From assembly GCA_046725305.1 (NCBI GenBank), contig JBKOYF010000061.1:1-38000 (forward strand): DNA of 38,000 nucleotides, written 5' to 3'. The position numbers were made by a program, and so were the translations under genes. A model generated the notes under the pieces. That model ran no database searches and was not told the DNA's origin. It saw only the letters and a program-made list of their open reading frames with translations. Shown in pieces: positions 17,471 through 25,718 of the stretch (position 1 is the first letter of the stretch; each line of letters begins with the position of its first letter). The stretch comes from Actinomycetota bacterium. Its GTDB lineage: Bacteria; Actinomycetota; Thermoleophilia; Gaiellales; Gaiellaceae.

Positions 17471-18687
17471 TTCGGGAGTACACCTCCGACTGCGTCCACT
17501 GCGGCTTCTGTCTGCCGACCTGCCCGACGTACGTGCTGTGGAACGAAGAGATGGACTCGCCCCGTGGGCGCATCCACCTCATGGACGCGCGCCTCGACGG
17601 CACGATCGCGTTGAACGCGACGGTCGCACTGCACTTCGACCGCTGCCTCGGCTGCATGGCGTGCGTCTCCTCCTGCCCGTCGGGCGTGCGCTACGACCGG
17701 CTCATCGAGAGCACCCGGGCCGCGGTCGAGCAGGAGGTCGAGCGACCGTTCGGCGAACGGTTCGCCCGTGGGCTGCTCTTCCGCATCCTCCCGTACCCGA
17801 GCCGCATGCGCGTGGCGCTCGGGCTCGCTCCGCTCGGACGCGGCGTCCCGATGCCGAAGCGCCTTCGCCCGCTCGTCGACCTCGCGCCACTCTGGCGCGG
17901 GCAAGGCGAGGTCCCTCCGGTGACTCCGGCGGCCGGTCCTCGGCGTGCACGCGTCGGCCTGCTCACCGGCTGCGTCCAGCGTGCGGTCTTCCCGGACGTC
18001 AACGCCGCCACCGCCCGTGTTCTCGCCGCCGACGGCTACGAGGTGGTCGCGCCGGCGCAGGGCTGCTGCGGGGCGCTCTCCGTCCACGCGGGGCGACTCG
18101 AGGAGGGCAAGGCGTTCGCACGTCGGCTCGTCGAGGCGTTCGACGACGTCGAGCTCGTCGTCGTGAACGCGTCCGGGTGCGGGTCGCATCTGAAGGAGCT
18201 GGGCTGGCTGCTCGGCGACGAGCGCGCGACGACGTTCGCGGAGAAGGTGCGTGACGTCGGCGAGCTGCTCGCCGAGACACCGCCGCAAGCGTCCCGGCAT
18301 CCCCTCCAGTTGAAGGTCGCGTTCCAGGACTCGTGCCACCTCCGTCACGCGCAGCGACTCCCTCTCTCGTCGCAAGTTTCGCTCGCGCGCATCCCGGCGC
18401 TCGATGTCGTCGAGCCCGCTGAGCAGGACCTGTGCTGCGGCTCGGCGGGGATCTACAACGTCGTCCAGCCGGACGCCGCCCGCGAGCTCGGCGACCGCAA
18501 GGCCGCGAACGTCCTCACCACCGGAGCACAGGCCTACGCGAGCGCGAACCCGGGCTGCCTCGTCCAGATCTCACAGGCGCTCCGACGCGCTTCGAGCCCA
18601 CTCCCGGCTCTGCATCCGATCGAGCTCGTCGACGCCTCCATTCGGAACGTCGGTGCGGGCCGTCTCCTCAGCTCTGCGAGACGGTGA
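17467..18687 (+). CDS. glcF: glycolate oxidase iron-sulfur subunit GlcF
   Basis: 406 aa. Two ferredoxin-type Cys clusters (CVHCGFCLPTCP, CLGCMACVSSCP) plus CCG domains. GTGA overlap with glcE. Confidence 0.9.
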   Translation: MIREYTSDCVHCGFCLPTCPTYVLWNEEMDSPRGRIHLMDARLDGTIALNATVALHFDRCLGCMACVSSCPSGVRYDRLIESTRAAVEQEVERPFGERFARGLLFRILPYPSRMRVALGLAPLGRGVPMPKRLRPLVDLAPLWRGQGEVPPVTPAAGPRRARVGLLTGCVQRAVFPDVNAATARVLAADGYEVVAPAQGCCGALSVHAGRLEEGKAFARRLVEAFDDVELVVVNASGCGSHLKELGWLLGDERATTFAEKVRDVGELLAETPPQASRHPLQLKVAFQDSCHLRHAQRLPLSSQVSLARIPALDVVEPAEQDLCCGSAGIYNVVQPDAARELGDRKAANVLTTGAQAYASANPGCLVQISQALRRASSPLPALHPIELVDASIRNVGAGRLLSSARR

Positions 18688-19909
18688 CCGGGCGGAGCTC
18701 GTCCAGGCGATCCATACGTGCCAAAGACGGGAAGAGGCGCCACCAGGTCGCCGCGATCGCGATCGTCGCGACGCCGCCCAGGACGACCGCCGGCACAGCG
18801 CCGACGAGCGCCGCCGCGACACCCGACTCGAACGCGCCGAGCTCGTTCGACGCACTGATGAACACCATCTCCACCGCGTTCACGCGACCGCGGAGCTCGT
18901 CCGGCGTCACGAGCGGGAGGATGGTCGAGCGCAGCACGACGCTGACCATGTCGAAGGCGCCGCCGAGCGCGAGAGCGAGCATCGAGAGCCACATCTCGCG
19001 CGAAAGGCCGAACAGGATCATGGAGATGCCGAATCCGGAGACCGCTACGAACAACAGCGGGCCGGCGCGGCGGCGGATCGGACGGCGGGCGATCACCAAC
19101 GCCGCCAGGAACGAGCCGATGGTCGGCGCGGTTCGAAGGAAGCCGAGACCCGTCGGCCCTACGTCGAGAATGTCTTTCGCGAAGACCGGGAGCAGCGCGA
19201 CCGCACCGCCGAGGAGCACCGCGAAGAGGTCGAGGGAGACGGCGCCGAGCAGGACCTGTGTCCGCCGGATCAGGCGAACACCCGCAAGCACCTCACCCAG
19301 GTCGGCCGCGCCCTCCGCCGCCGGCTCACGGCCCGCGTGCAGCGCGAGCACGCAGCCGAAGGCGACGAACGAGAGGCCCATCGCCACGATGTAGACGAGC
19401 TCCGGCTGGATCGTGAAGAGGATGCCGCCGACCGCAGGCCCCACCACGATCGAGAGCTGGATGCCCACCGAGCGCTGAGCCAGGGCACTGACGAGAATTG
19501 CCTCCGGGACGAGCGAAGGAGTCAAGGCGCGACTGGCCGGAGCGCCGAACGCACTCCCGGTTCCGGTGAGGAACGCGAGCACGAAGAACGGCCAGACGCG
19601 GTCTGCTCCATGCAGCGTGACGGCGAGCAGCGCGGAGAAGACGACGACATCGACGACGACCATGAGCGCATACACGCGCCGCCTCGGGAAGCGATCGGCC
19701 ACGTGCCCGGCCGGCAAGGCGAAGAGCAGAAGCGGCAGGAATTCGGCGAGTCCGATGAGGCCGAGATCGAGCGGGTTCTCCCGGACCGAGTAGACCTGCC
19801 AGCCGATGGCGACCGACGCCATCGACATCGCGAAGCCCGTCAACACGAGAGCGACCCAGAAGAGGGCGAAGTCGCGGTGACGGAACGCGGAGCGGTTGGC
19901 CTGGCTCAA
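18668..19909 (-). CDS. MFS transporter
   Basis: 413 aa with about 12 TM spans. FRHRDFALFWVALVLTG and GHVADRFPRRRV motifs. TTG start 8 nt after the CorC-family stop. Confidence 0.85.
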   Translation of the reverse strand: MSQANRSAFRHRDFALFWVALVLTGFAMSMASVAIGWQVYSVRENPLDLGLIGLAEFLPLLLFALPAGHVADRFPRRRVYALMVVVDVVVFSALLAVTLHGADRVWPFFVLAFLTGTGSAFGAPASRALTPSLVPEAILVSALAQRSVGIQLSIVVGPAVGGILFTIQPELVYIVAMGLSFVAFGCVLALHAGREPAAEGAADLGEVLAGVRLIRRTQVLLGAVSLDLFAVLLGGAVALLPVFAKDILDVGPTGLGFLRTAPTIGSFLAALVIARRPIRRRAGPLLFVAVSGFGISMILFGLSREMWLSMLALALGGAFDMVSVVLRSTILPLVTPDELRGRVNAVEMVFISASNELGAFESGVAAALVGAVPAVVLGGVATIAIAATWWRLFPSLARMDRLDELRPVTVSQS

Positions 19910-19917
19910 GTGGGCGG

Positions 19918-21222
19918 TCAGGCGGCTGCCGGCTCATCGGTCGGCGTCTGGTCGTCCATGCCGAACTCGACCTCGATGCGCATGATCCGCGAGCCGTCCA
20001 CCTCGAGCACGCGCAGCTCGAGGCCGTCCGTCGTCACGGCGTCGCCGACCTCGGGCGCGCGTCCGAGCTCGCCGAAGACGAGGCCCGCCATCGTGTGGAA
20101 GTCCTCCTGCCCGAGCTGGGTGCCGAACTCCTCGTTGAAGTCGTCGATCGTGTACGTGCCGTCGATGCGAATGTGCGTGTCGTCGATCCGCTCGATCGAC
20201 GTGTCCGGGAGGTCGAACTCGTCCTCGATGTCGCCGACGATCTCCTCGAGCACGTCCTCGAGCGTGACGATGCCGTCCATGTCGCCGTACTCGTCGATGA
20301 CGATGGCCATGTGCTGCTTCTCGCGCCGGAAGTCGGCGAGGAGCGCGGCGAGGTCCTTCGTCTCCGGCACGACGAACGCGGGCCGGACGAGCGCCTCGAG
20401 CTCCACGGCGGCGATCCCGAGGTCGTGGATCGCGGAGAAGAGGTCGCGCACGTGGAGGACTCCGAGCATCTCGTCGAGCGAGCCGCGGTAGACCGGGTAG
20501 CGCGTGAACGGCGAGTCGACGACGGCCCGCAGCGCCTCCTCCGGCGGCATCTCGACGGAGATCGCCACGACGTCCGGCCGCGGCACCATGACCTCGGAGA
20601 CCTCCTTCGAGGCGAAGTCGAAGACCTTGTAGAGCATCTCCTCCTCGGCCTCCTGGAGCTCACCGACGTCTTCGGCCGCAGCCACGCTGTGGCGGATGTC
20701 CTCGCGCGTGTACGCGAGCATCCCGGCCGGCGCCGGCTTGACGCGCAGCACACGCAGCACGGCGTTGGCCGAGACCTGGAGCAGCCACACGACCGGATGG
20801 GCGACGCGGCCGAGGAAGTCGAGCGGGACCGCGAGCACCACCGCAAGCGCTTCCGCCTTCTGGAGCGCGACGGCTTTCGGCACCAGCTCGCCGAGCACGA
20901 CCGAGAAGTAGGTCAGGAGCGCGAAGGCGATGAGGAAGCTCACGGTCGCAGACAGCGGCGGCTCCATGAGGTCGGAGATGAGCGGCTCCCCGATGGCACC
21001 GATGAGGATTGCGAAGATCGTGATCCCGAGCTGCGTCGAGGAGATGAAGCGGACAGGCTCGTCCATGAGTCGGAGCGCGGCGCGCGCGCCTCGGCTACCC
21101 CCGGCCGCCCGCTCCTCGAGCCGGACGCGGCGCCCCGTGATGAGCGCGTACTCGGCAGCGACGAAGAGCGCGCTCCCCAGCACGAGGAGAAGCACGATCA
21201 CGATGCGGAGGAAAACGCTCAC
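19918..21222 (-). CDS. hemolysin/CorC family protein (CNNM DUF21 + CBS pair + CorC_HlyC)
   Basis: 434 aa. FVAAEYALI (DUF21) N-terminus, CBS region, and C-terminal VTLEDVLEEIVGDIEDEFD. Confidence 0.9.
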   Translation of the reverse strand: MSVFLRIVIVLLLVLGSALFVAAEYALITGRRVRLEERAAGGSRGARAALRLMDEPVRFISSTQLGITIFAILIGAIGEPLISDLMEPPLSATVSFLIAFALLTYFSVVLGELVPKAVALQKAEALAVVLAVPLDFLGRVAHPVVWLLQVSANAVLRVLRVKPAPAGMLAYTREDIRHSVAAAEDVGELQEAEEEMLYKVFDFASKEVSEVMVPRPDVVAISVEMPPEEALRAVVDSPFTRYPVYRGSLDEMLGVLHVRDLFSAIHDLGIAAVELEALVRPAFVVPETKDLAALLADFRREKQHMAIVIDEYGDMDGIVTLEDVLEEIVGDIEDEFDLPDTSIERIDDTHIRIDGTYTIDDFNEEFGTQLGQEDFHTMAGLVFGELGRAPEVGDAVTTDGLELRVLEVDGSRIMRIEVEFGMDDQTPTDEPAAA

Positions 21223-21271
21223 GCCCCGTCAGGGGCGCCGGTACTCGGCGGGATTTCGTCGCCCACGATGA

Positions 21272-22207
21272 TCAGGCCGCAGTATAGGTAACGCCTCCGT
21301 CGCCCTCGACGCGGCGGGCCGCGCCCTCGTGGACGAGCCGCTCGAGGTGGGAGAGCGTCTCCGCAATCGCGAACCGCCTGCCCGCAGGCGCGAGGTCGGC
21401 GCCGAAGAGCGCGAACGAGAGCTGGTATCCCGACTGTGGCTCCGCCCGAAGCGCCTTCGTCGCCTCCTCGAGGCGAAGCCGATGGTGCTCCTTCAGCTCG
21501 CGTGCCCGTCCCGGAGGATCCTCGATCGGGTCCCCGTGACCGGGGAGCGCCAGCCGCGGTGCGAGCTCGATCGTCCGGTCGAGCGCCGAGAGGTAGTCCC
21601 CGAGCGGATCGGGCCGGCTCGCGGGCCACAGGCCAACGGTGGGCGTGATCCTCCCCAGGAGGTGGTCCGCCGCGACGAGCACGTCGTCCTTCAGGAGGCA
21701 GAGCTGCCCGTCCGCGTGTCCCGGCGCGGCGACGAGCCGCCAGCCGTCGACGTGCTCCCCGGCCTCCACCAGGATCGGGTCCCGCTGGTAGCGCACGAAC
21801 GGCCGGTAGACCGAGCTCTGCCCGACGAGCTCGGCCGTCACGTCGTCCGCCGCGCCGTGGAGCTCGAACCAGTCGACGAGCCGCTCCGACCAGGCCGGGT
21901 TCCCCCACACGAGCTCGCACTGAGCGTAGTCCAGCGCGCCCTGCACCACCGGCGCGCCCGTCAGCTCGTGGAGGTCCGCCGCGGCACCGACGTGGTCCGG
22001 GTGGAAGTGCGTGACGAAGACGGTAGCGACGCGCCCACCTGCCTCCTCGAGCTCGACGGCCCACATCTCCTTGGCCTCGGGCAGCCCGACGCCGGTGTCG
22101 ACGAGCGTCCACCCGTCGTCGCCGGGAAGGAGATACGCGTGGACGTGCCCGGGCCGCGTCGGCAGCGGCAGCGTGATCCGCCGGATCCCCCCCTCGAGCT
22201 CGTCCAT
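21272..22207 (-). CDS. MBL-fold metallo-hydrolase
   Basis: 311 aa with an intact VFVTHFHPDHVG (HxHxDH) motif. Confidence 0.9.
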   Translation of the reverse strand: MDELEGGIRRITLPLPTRPGHVHAYLLPGDDGWTLVDTGVGLPEAKEMWAVELEEAGGRVATVFVTHFHPDHVGAAADLHELTGAPVVQGALDYAQCELVWGNPAWSERLVDWFELHGAADDVTAELVGQSSVYRPFVRYQRDPILVEAGEHVDGWRLVAAPGHADGQLCLLKDDVLVAADHLLGRITPTVGLWPASRPDPLGDYLSALDRTIELAPRLALPGHGDPIEDPPGRARELKEHHRLRLEEATKALRAEPQSGYQLSFALFGADLAPAGRRFAIAETLSHLERLVHEGAARRVEGDGGVTYTAA

Positions 22208-22213
22208 CGGCCG

Positions 22214-22219
22214 ACCTTA
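22214..22219 (-). promoter_or_regulatory. -10 hexamer, leaderless MBL-CorC-MFS unit
   Basis: TAAGGT on the minus strand, 6 nt upstream of the ATG at 22207. Confidence 0.45.
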
Positions 22220-22238
22220 CAGAGCGGCGCCGTAACCC

Positions 22239-22268
22239 TTGCCTGTACACGAACATATGTTCTATCCT
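22239..22268 (+). promoter_or_regulatory. predicted leaderless promoter of the radical SAM gene
   Basis: TTGCCT (22239-22244), 18-nt spacer, TATCCT (22263-22268), then 6 nt to the GTG at 22275. Confidence 0.5.
22250..22263. promoter_or_regulatory. LexA (SOS / Cheo) box
   Basis: cGAACATATGTTCt: a perfect GAAC-N4-GTTC palindrome. It lies in the spacer of the predicted radical SAM promoter and overlaps its -10 by one base. Confidence 0.75.
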
Positions 22269-22274
22269 GGAGCG

Positions 22275-23159
22275 GTGCGAGTCGAATACCGGATCGAGCC
22301 GTGCAAGTCCGCGCTCAACCCGGTCCGCGGGATGCCCTTCCACTGGTCGCTCAACCCGTACATGGGCTGCGCGCATCGGTGCACGTTCTGTTACGTACGG
22401 CACTTCGAGGAGCGCGCCGACCGGCCCTCCGACGATCGCTACGGGCGCTCCATCCGCGTGAAGCCGAACGTCGCCGAGGTGCTCCGGCGCGAGCTCGGCC
22501 GACGGTCGTGGCGGCACGAGGAGGTCGCGCTCGGAACCGCGACTGACCCCTACCAGCCCGCCGAGGGTCGCTTCCGGCTCACGCGCGCGTGCGTCGTCGA
22601 GCTCGCCGCGTCCGGAACGCCGTTCTCGATCGTCACGCGTGGGCCACTGATCCTCCGCGACCTCGACGTACTCCGCGCCGCGGCCCACGAGGTGCAGGTG
22701 AGCGTCTACTTCTCGCTCCCCACGCTCGACGAGCACGTCTGGCGGACGACCGAGCCGGGCACGGCCCCGCCGGCGAGCCGACTGCGAGCTGTGCGTGCGC
22801 TGGCCGACGCCGGCATCGACGTCGGCATCGGGATGGCGCCCATCCTCCCCGGGCTCTCGGATGCTCCCGAGCAGCTCGCCGCCGTCGTCCGCGAGGCGCG
22901 CGCCGCCGGGGCGAGGACGATCTGGGCGAGCGTGGTGCACCTCCGACCCGGGGTGCGCGAGCACTTCCTCGAGGCTTTGGCGCGTGACTGGCCGGAGCAG
23001 GTGGAGCGTTACGAAGCGCTGTTCGGGACACGCGCGTACCTGCCCGCCGCGGTGGTCCGGGAGATCACGGCGCCGGTGAACGAGGCGAGGCTCGCGAGCC
23101 CGTCTCCGCGTCGCGGGCAGGTCCGTGCGCAGCCGAGACAACTCGCGCTCTCGCTCTGA
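22275..23159 (+). CDS. Rv2578c-type radical SAM protein (spore-photoproduct-lyase-like DNA repair photolyase family)
   Basis: CxxxCxxC cluster 'GCAHRCTFCYV' after CKSALNPV. I set the start at the GTG at 22275 because a TATCCT -10 hexamer lies 6 nt upstream. Alternative in-frame starts: ATG 22257 and TTG 22239 (track). Confidence 0.85.
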   Translation: MRVEYRIEPCKSALNPVRGMPFHWSLNPYMGCAHRCTFCYVRHFEERADRPSDDRYGRSIRVKPNVAEVLRRELGRRSWRHEEVALGTATDPYQPAEGRFRLTRACVVELAASGTPFSIVTRGPLILRDLDVLRAAAHEVQVSVYFSLPTLDEHVWRTTEPGTAPPASRLRAVRALADAGIDVGIGMAPILPGLSDAPEQLAAVVREARAAGARTIWASVVHLRPGVREHFLEALARDWPEQVERYEALFGTRAYLPAAVVREITAPVNEARLASPSPRRGQVRAQPRQLALSL

Positions 23160-23186
23160 CGAGGAGGAGCCTGCCGATGCGCGCCG

Positions 23187-23192
23187 TAGAAT
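23187..23192 (+). promoter_or_regulatory. -10 hexamer, leaderless response-regulator gene
   Basis: TAGAAT, 6 nt upstream of the GTG at 23199. Confidence 0.5.
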
Positions 23193-23198
23193 CGCGGC

Positions 23199-23822
23199 GT
23201 GGCCGACGAGATCACCTGCCTCATCGCCGACGATCACGAGGTCGTGCGCGAAGGCCTGCGCCTCGCACTCTCGCGCTCGCCGCGCATCCGCGTCATCGGC
23301 GAGGCGGCCGACGGGGCGTCGGCGGTGGCGCTGACGGAGCGGCGGCGGCCGGACGTCGTGATCATGGACCTCCGCATGCCGGACATGGACGGCCTCGAGG
23401 CCACGGAGCAGGTTCTCCAGCGTGTGCCCACGACCGGCGTCCTGATCTTCACCGCCTACGGCGAGCGCTCCCTGCTCCAACGCGGGCTCGAGTCCGGGGC
23501 GCGCGGCTACATCCTCAAGGAGGCCCCGCACGAGACGCTCCTCCGCGCGATCGAGAAGGTCGCGGCCGGTGAGACGTTCGTCGATCCCGGGCTCATGGCC
23601 GAGTTCGTGGCCGGCCAGGGGCAGGTGGACATCCTCACTCCGCGCGAGCGCGAGATCCTGCAACTCCTCGCAGACGGGATGTCGAACGCGGACGTCGCCG
23701 CGAAGCTCTTCATCAGTCAGGAGACCGTGAAGAGCCACGTGCGCCACATCCTCGCGAAGCTCGAAGCCGACACGCGCACGCAGGCGGTCGCGATCGCGCT
23801 CCGCGAGGCGATGATCGATTGA
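23199..23822 (+). CDS. NarL/LuxR-family response regulator
   Basis: 207 aa, GTG start. Receiver residues are intact (ADDHEVV, VVIMDLRMPDMDG, TAY, KEA). C-terminal LuxR HTH (LTPREREILQLLADGMSNADVAAKLFISQETVKSHV). Confidence 0.9.
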   Translation: MADEITCLIADDHEVVREGLRLALSRSPRIRVIGEAADGASAVALTERRRPDVVIMDLRMPDMDGLEATEQVLQRVPTTGVLIFTAYGERSLLQRGLESGARGYILKEAPHETLLRAIEKVAAGETFVDPGLMAEFVAGQGQVDILTPREREILQLLADGMSNADVAAKLFISQETVKSHVRHILAKLEADTRTQAVAIALREAMID

Positions 23823-24472
23823 CCGGCGACGACGCCGAGCGCGCCCTCATCGCGGAGCGGATCCTGGCCGAGCAGGAAGAGCGGCGCCGGCTGGCGGAGC
23901 TTCTCCACGACGGGCCCGTGCAGCAGCTCTCCGCGATCTCCCAGATGCTGGACGCCGGCCTCGCCGAACTCGCGGCCGGAGACGTCGCACGTGCGAGCGA
24001 GGTCGTCTCCCGCGGACTCGAGCTCGCCCGCGACGCTGCGCGCGACCTGAGGGGGCTCTGCGACGACCTCGAGCCTCGTGTCCTCCACCAGCTCGGGTTC
24101 GCGGCCGCCGCGGCGGCGCTCGCACGCCGGATGTCGTCCCGCCACGAGGTCGAGATCGTCCTCGACCTCGAGCATGCCGACGAGCTCGGGGAGAACGCCG
24201 CCGTTGCGCTCTACCAGATCCTCCGCGAGGCGGTCGAGCAGGCCGTGCGCCGGGGAACGCCGTCCCGGATCGAGATCGCCCTCAACGCAACCGAGACGGG
24301 CGGTGTCGAGCTGGTCGTCGCGGACGACGGGCCGCCCGAACGCCGCGCCGCGGTGCTCGAGGCGTTCGCCGAACGCGCCGCGACACTCAACGGCCGGTTC
24401 AGCTCCGAAGTTCGCTATCCGCGAGGGTCGACGCTCAGGATCGACGTGCCGCCTGCCGCCGCGCATCGGTAG
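23819..24472 (+). CDS. sensor-less HisKA_3-type histidine kinase-like protein with a degenerate ATP-binding domain
   Basis: 217 aa, TTG start in a TTGA overlap with the regulator stop. H-box ERRRLAELLHDGPVQQL. No hydrophobic span and no input domain. N, G1 and G2 box positions read LREAVEQAVRRG, ADDGPPE and LEAFAERAATLNG. Confidence 0.75.
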   Translation: MTGDDAERALIAERILAEQEERRRLAELLHDGPVQQLSAISQMLDAGLAELAAGDVARASEVVSRGLELARDAARDLRGLCDDLEPRVLHQLGFAAAAAALARRMSSRHEVEIVLDLEHADELGENAAVALYQILREAVEQAVRRGTPSRIEIALNATETGGVELVVADDGPPERRAAVLEAFAERAATLNGRFSSEVRYPRGSTLRIDVPPAAAHR

Positions 24473-24488
24473 GGGCTAGGATCGAGCC

Positions 24489-24686
24489 GTGGACGAGAAC
24501 GGCAGGACGGGCTACCTCTTCTTTGTCTGGTCGCCGTCCGGCTACACGCTCGTCGAGCGGACCGGGGATCCGCCGCGGCCGGGCACCGAGGTCGAGGACG
24601 GCGAGCAGCGCTACCGCGTGACGAAGATCGCCCCCTCGCCGCTGCCGGGCGACCCCCGCCCGTGCGCGTACCTGCTCCCGGCCTGA
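24489..24686 (+). CDS. hypothetical small protein (65 aa)
   Basis: GTG start 16 nt after the kinase-like gene. Strong GC3 bias in this frame. No recognisable motif. Confidence 0.45.
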   Translation: MDENGRTGYLFFVWSPSGYTLVERTGDPPRPGTEVEDGEQRYRVTKIAPSPLPGDPRPCAYLLPA

Positions 24687-24689
24687 GCC

Positions 24690-24992
24690 CTACTCCAGCG
24701 GCGGGTTCTGAACGTTGTGCTCGGTCGCGTACGCGTCCGTCAGCTCGTTGATCCTCGCCGGGTCCGGGAAGGCGTAGTTGATCTCGACGAACGCGTTCCA
24801 CTTGTCCGGGAGCGCGTCCTCGGGGAAGATCGCCTCCACCGGGCACTCCGGCTCGCACGCGCCGCAGTCGATGCACTCCTCGGGATCGATGATGAGGATC
24901 CGCTCGAACTCGTGAATGCAGTCGACCGGGCAGACATCGACGCACGAGCGGTCTTTGATGTCGATGCAGGGCTCGGCGATGATGTACGTCAC
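24690..24992 (-). CDS. fdxA: ferredoxin, 7Fe-type ([3Fe-4S][4Fe-4S]) FdxA-like
   Basis: 100 aa. MTYIIAEPCIDIKDRSCVDVCPVDCI and CIDCGACEPECPVEAI cluster motifs. Confidence 0.9.
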   Translation of the reverse strand: MTYIIAEPCIDIKDRSCVDVCPVDCIHEFERILIIDPEECIDCGACEPECPVEAIFPEDALPDKWNAFVEINYAFPDPARINELTDAYATEHNVQNPPLE

Positions 24993-24999
24993 GCGATCG

Positions 25000-25005
25000 A
25001 GTGTA
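25000..25005 (-). promoter_or_regulatory. -10 hexamer, leaderless fdxA
   Basis: TACACT on the minus strand, 7 nt upstream of the GTG at 24992. Confidence 0.45.
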
Positions 25006-25023
25006 GCCGCGTGCTCGGCACCG

Positions 25024-25350
25024 CTAAGAGGTGTCGTTGGCGCCGGATTCGGTGAGCTCGGCGACGAGATCGGACGCGCGCTCGACGAGCGCTGACTTCA
25101 CGATCACCTGGTCGAATCCGGCCGTGTGCGCACGCTGGAGGCCCGCCTTGTCGGTGTGGTTCGTGTACCCGAGGATGGGGATCTCGGGCCATGCGTCCAC
25201 GACCTCTTCCGGCTCGACCCGGGCGATGTCCGCGATGACGAGGTCGGGCGGGTCGACGCTGTCGCTCGTCACGAGGCGATGCCCGGGCAGGAGGCCTTCC
25301 AGTTTCCCGCGGAAGAAGAGATCGACCCCAACGAGCAGGATCGTCGTCAC
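25024..25350 (-). CDS. single-domain CheY-like receiver protein (divergent)
   Basis: 108 aa, GTG start. Receiver-like pattern ILLVGVD ... DLVIADI ... ILGYTNH ... VIVKS, with only one residue of the N-terminal acidic pair. Confidence 0.6.
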   Translation of the reverse strand: MTTILLVGVDLFFRGKLEGLLPGHRLVTSDSVDPPDLVIADIARVEPEEVVDAWPEIPILGYTNHTDKAGLQRAHTAGFDQVIVKSALVERASDLVAELTESGANDTS

Positions 25351-25356
25351 GACTCG

Positions 25357-25362
25357 ACACTA
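25357..25362 (-). promoter_or_regulatory. -10 hexamer, leaderless CheY-like gene
   Basis: TAGTGT on the minus strand, 6 nt upstream of the GTG at 25350. Confidence 0.45.
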
Positions 25363-25394
25363 GCAGCGTTCGCGGACACCGATAATCGGGCGCT

Positions 25395-25718
25395 GTGACG
25401 CTCGAACGGGGATTGGACCTCATTCGCGAGGGCGCGTACTTCGAGGCGCACGAGGAGCTCGAGGACGAATGGCGCACGGCGCCCACGGCAGAACGCGACT
25501 TCCTACAGGGGCTTGTCCACGTCACGGTCGCCTGGCATCACGCCGGACGCGGGAACCGCCCGGGCTGCGAGCGTCAGCTCGAGAAGGCAGCGCGGCGTCT
25601 CGGCCCCTACCGACCGCAGCATCGCGGCGTCGACGTCGCTTTCATCCTCGACCAGGTGGCGAGAGCACGCGCGCGTGTCGCCGCCGGTTCCCTTGACCTC
25701 CCCGCGCCCAGGGTCTGA
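25395..25718 (+). CDS. DUF309 domain protein
   Basis: 107 aa, GTG start. YFEAHEELEDEWR...FLQGLVHVTVAWHH is the DUF309 signature. Confidence 0.8.
   Translation: MTLERGLDLIREGAYFEAHEELEDEWRTAPTAERDFLQGLVHVTVAWHHAGRGNRPGCERQLEKAARRLGPYRPQHRGVDVAFILDQVARARARVAAGSLDLPAPRV

Noticed and set aside
18404-20491. 695-aa plus-strand ORF
   Set aside because: Extremely R/E/D/S-rich. Antisense to the MFS and CorC genes, both of which have clear TM and domain signatures.
21223-21237. Hairpin GCCCC-tgac-GGGGC immediately upstream of the CorC-family start, considered as an Mg2+ (M-box) riboswitch or terminator
   Set aside because: The intergenic region is only 49 nt, far too short for an M-box, and there is no U-tract. 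At most it is a small structure occluding the start region.
21219-23747. 842-aa minus-strand ORF, the longest in the track
   Set aside because: R/A/G/P-rich low-complexity translation with no motif. It is antisense to three motif-bearing genes (MBL, radical SAM, response regulator). Typical high-GC shadow ORF.
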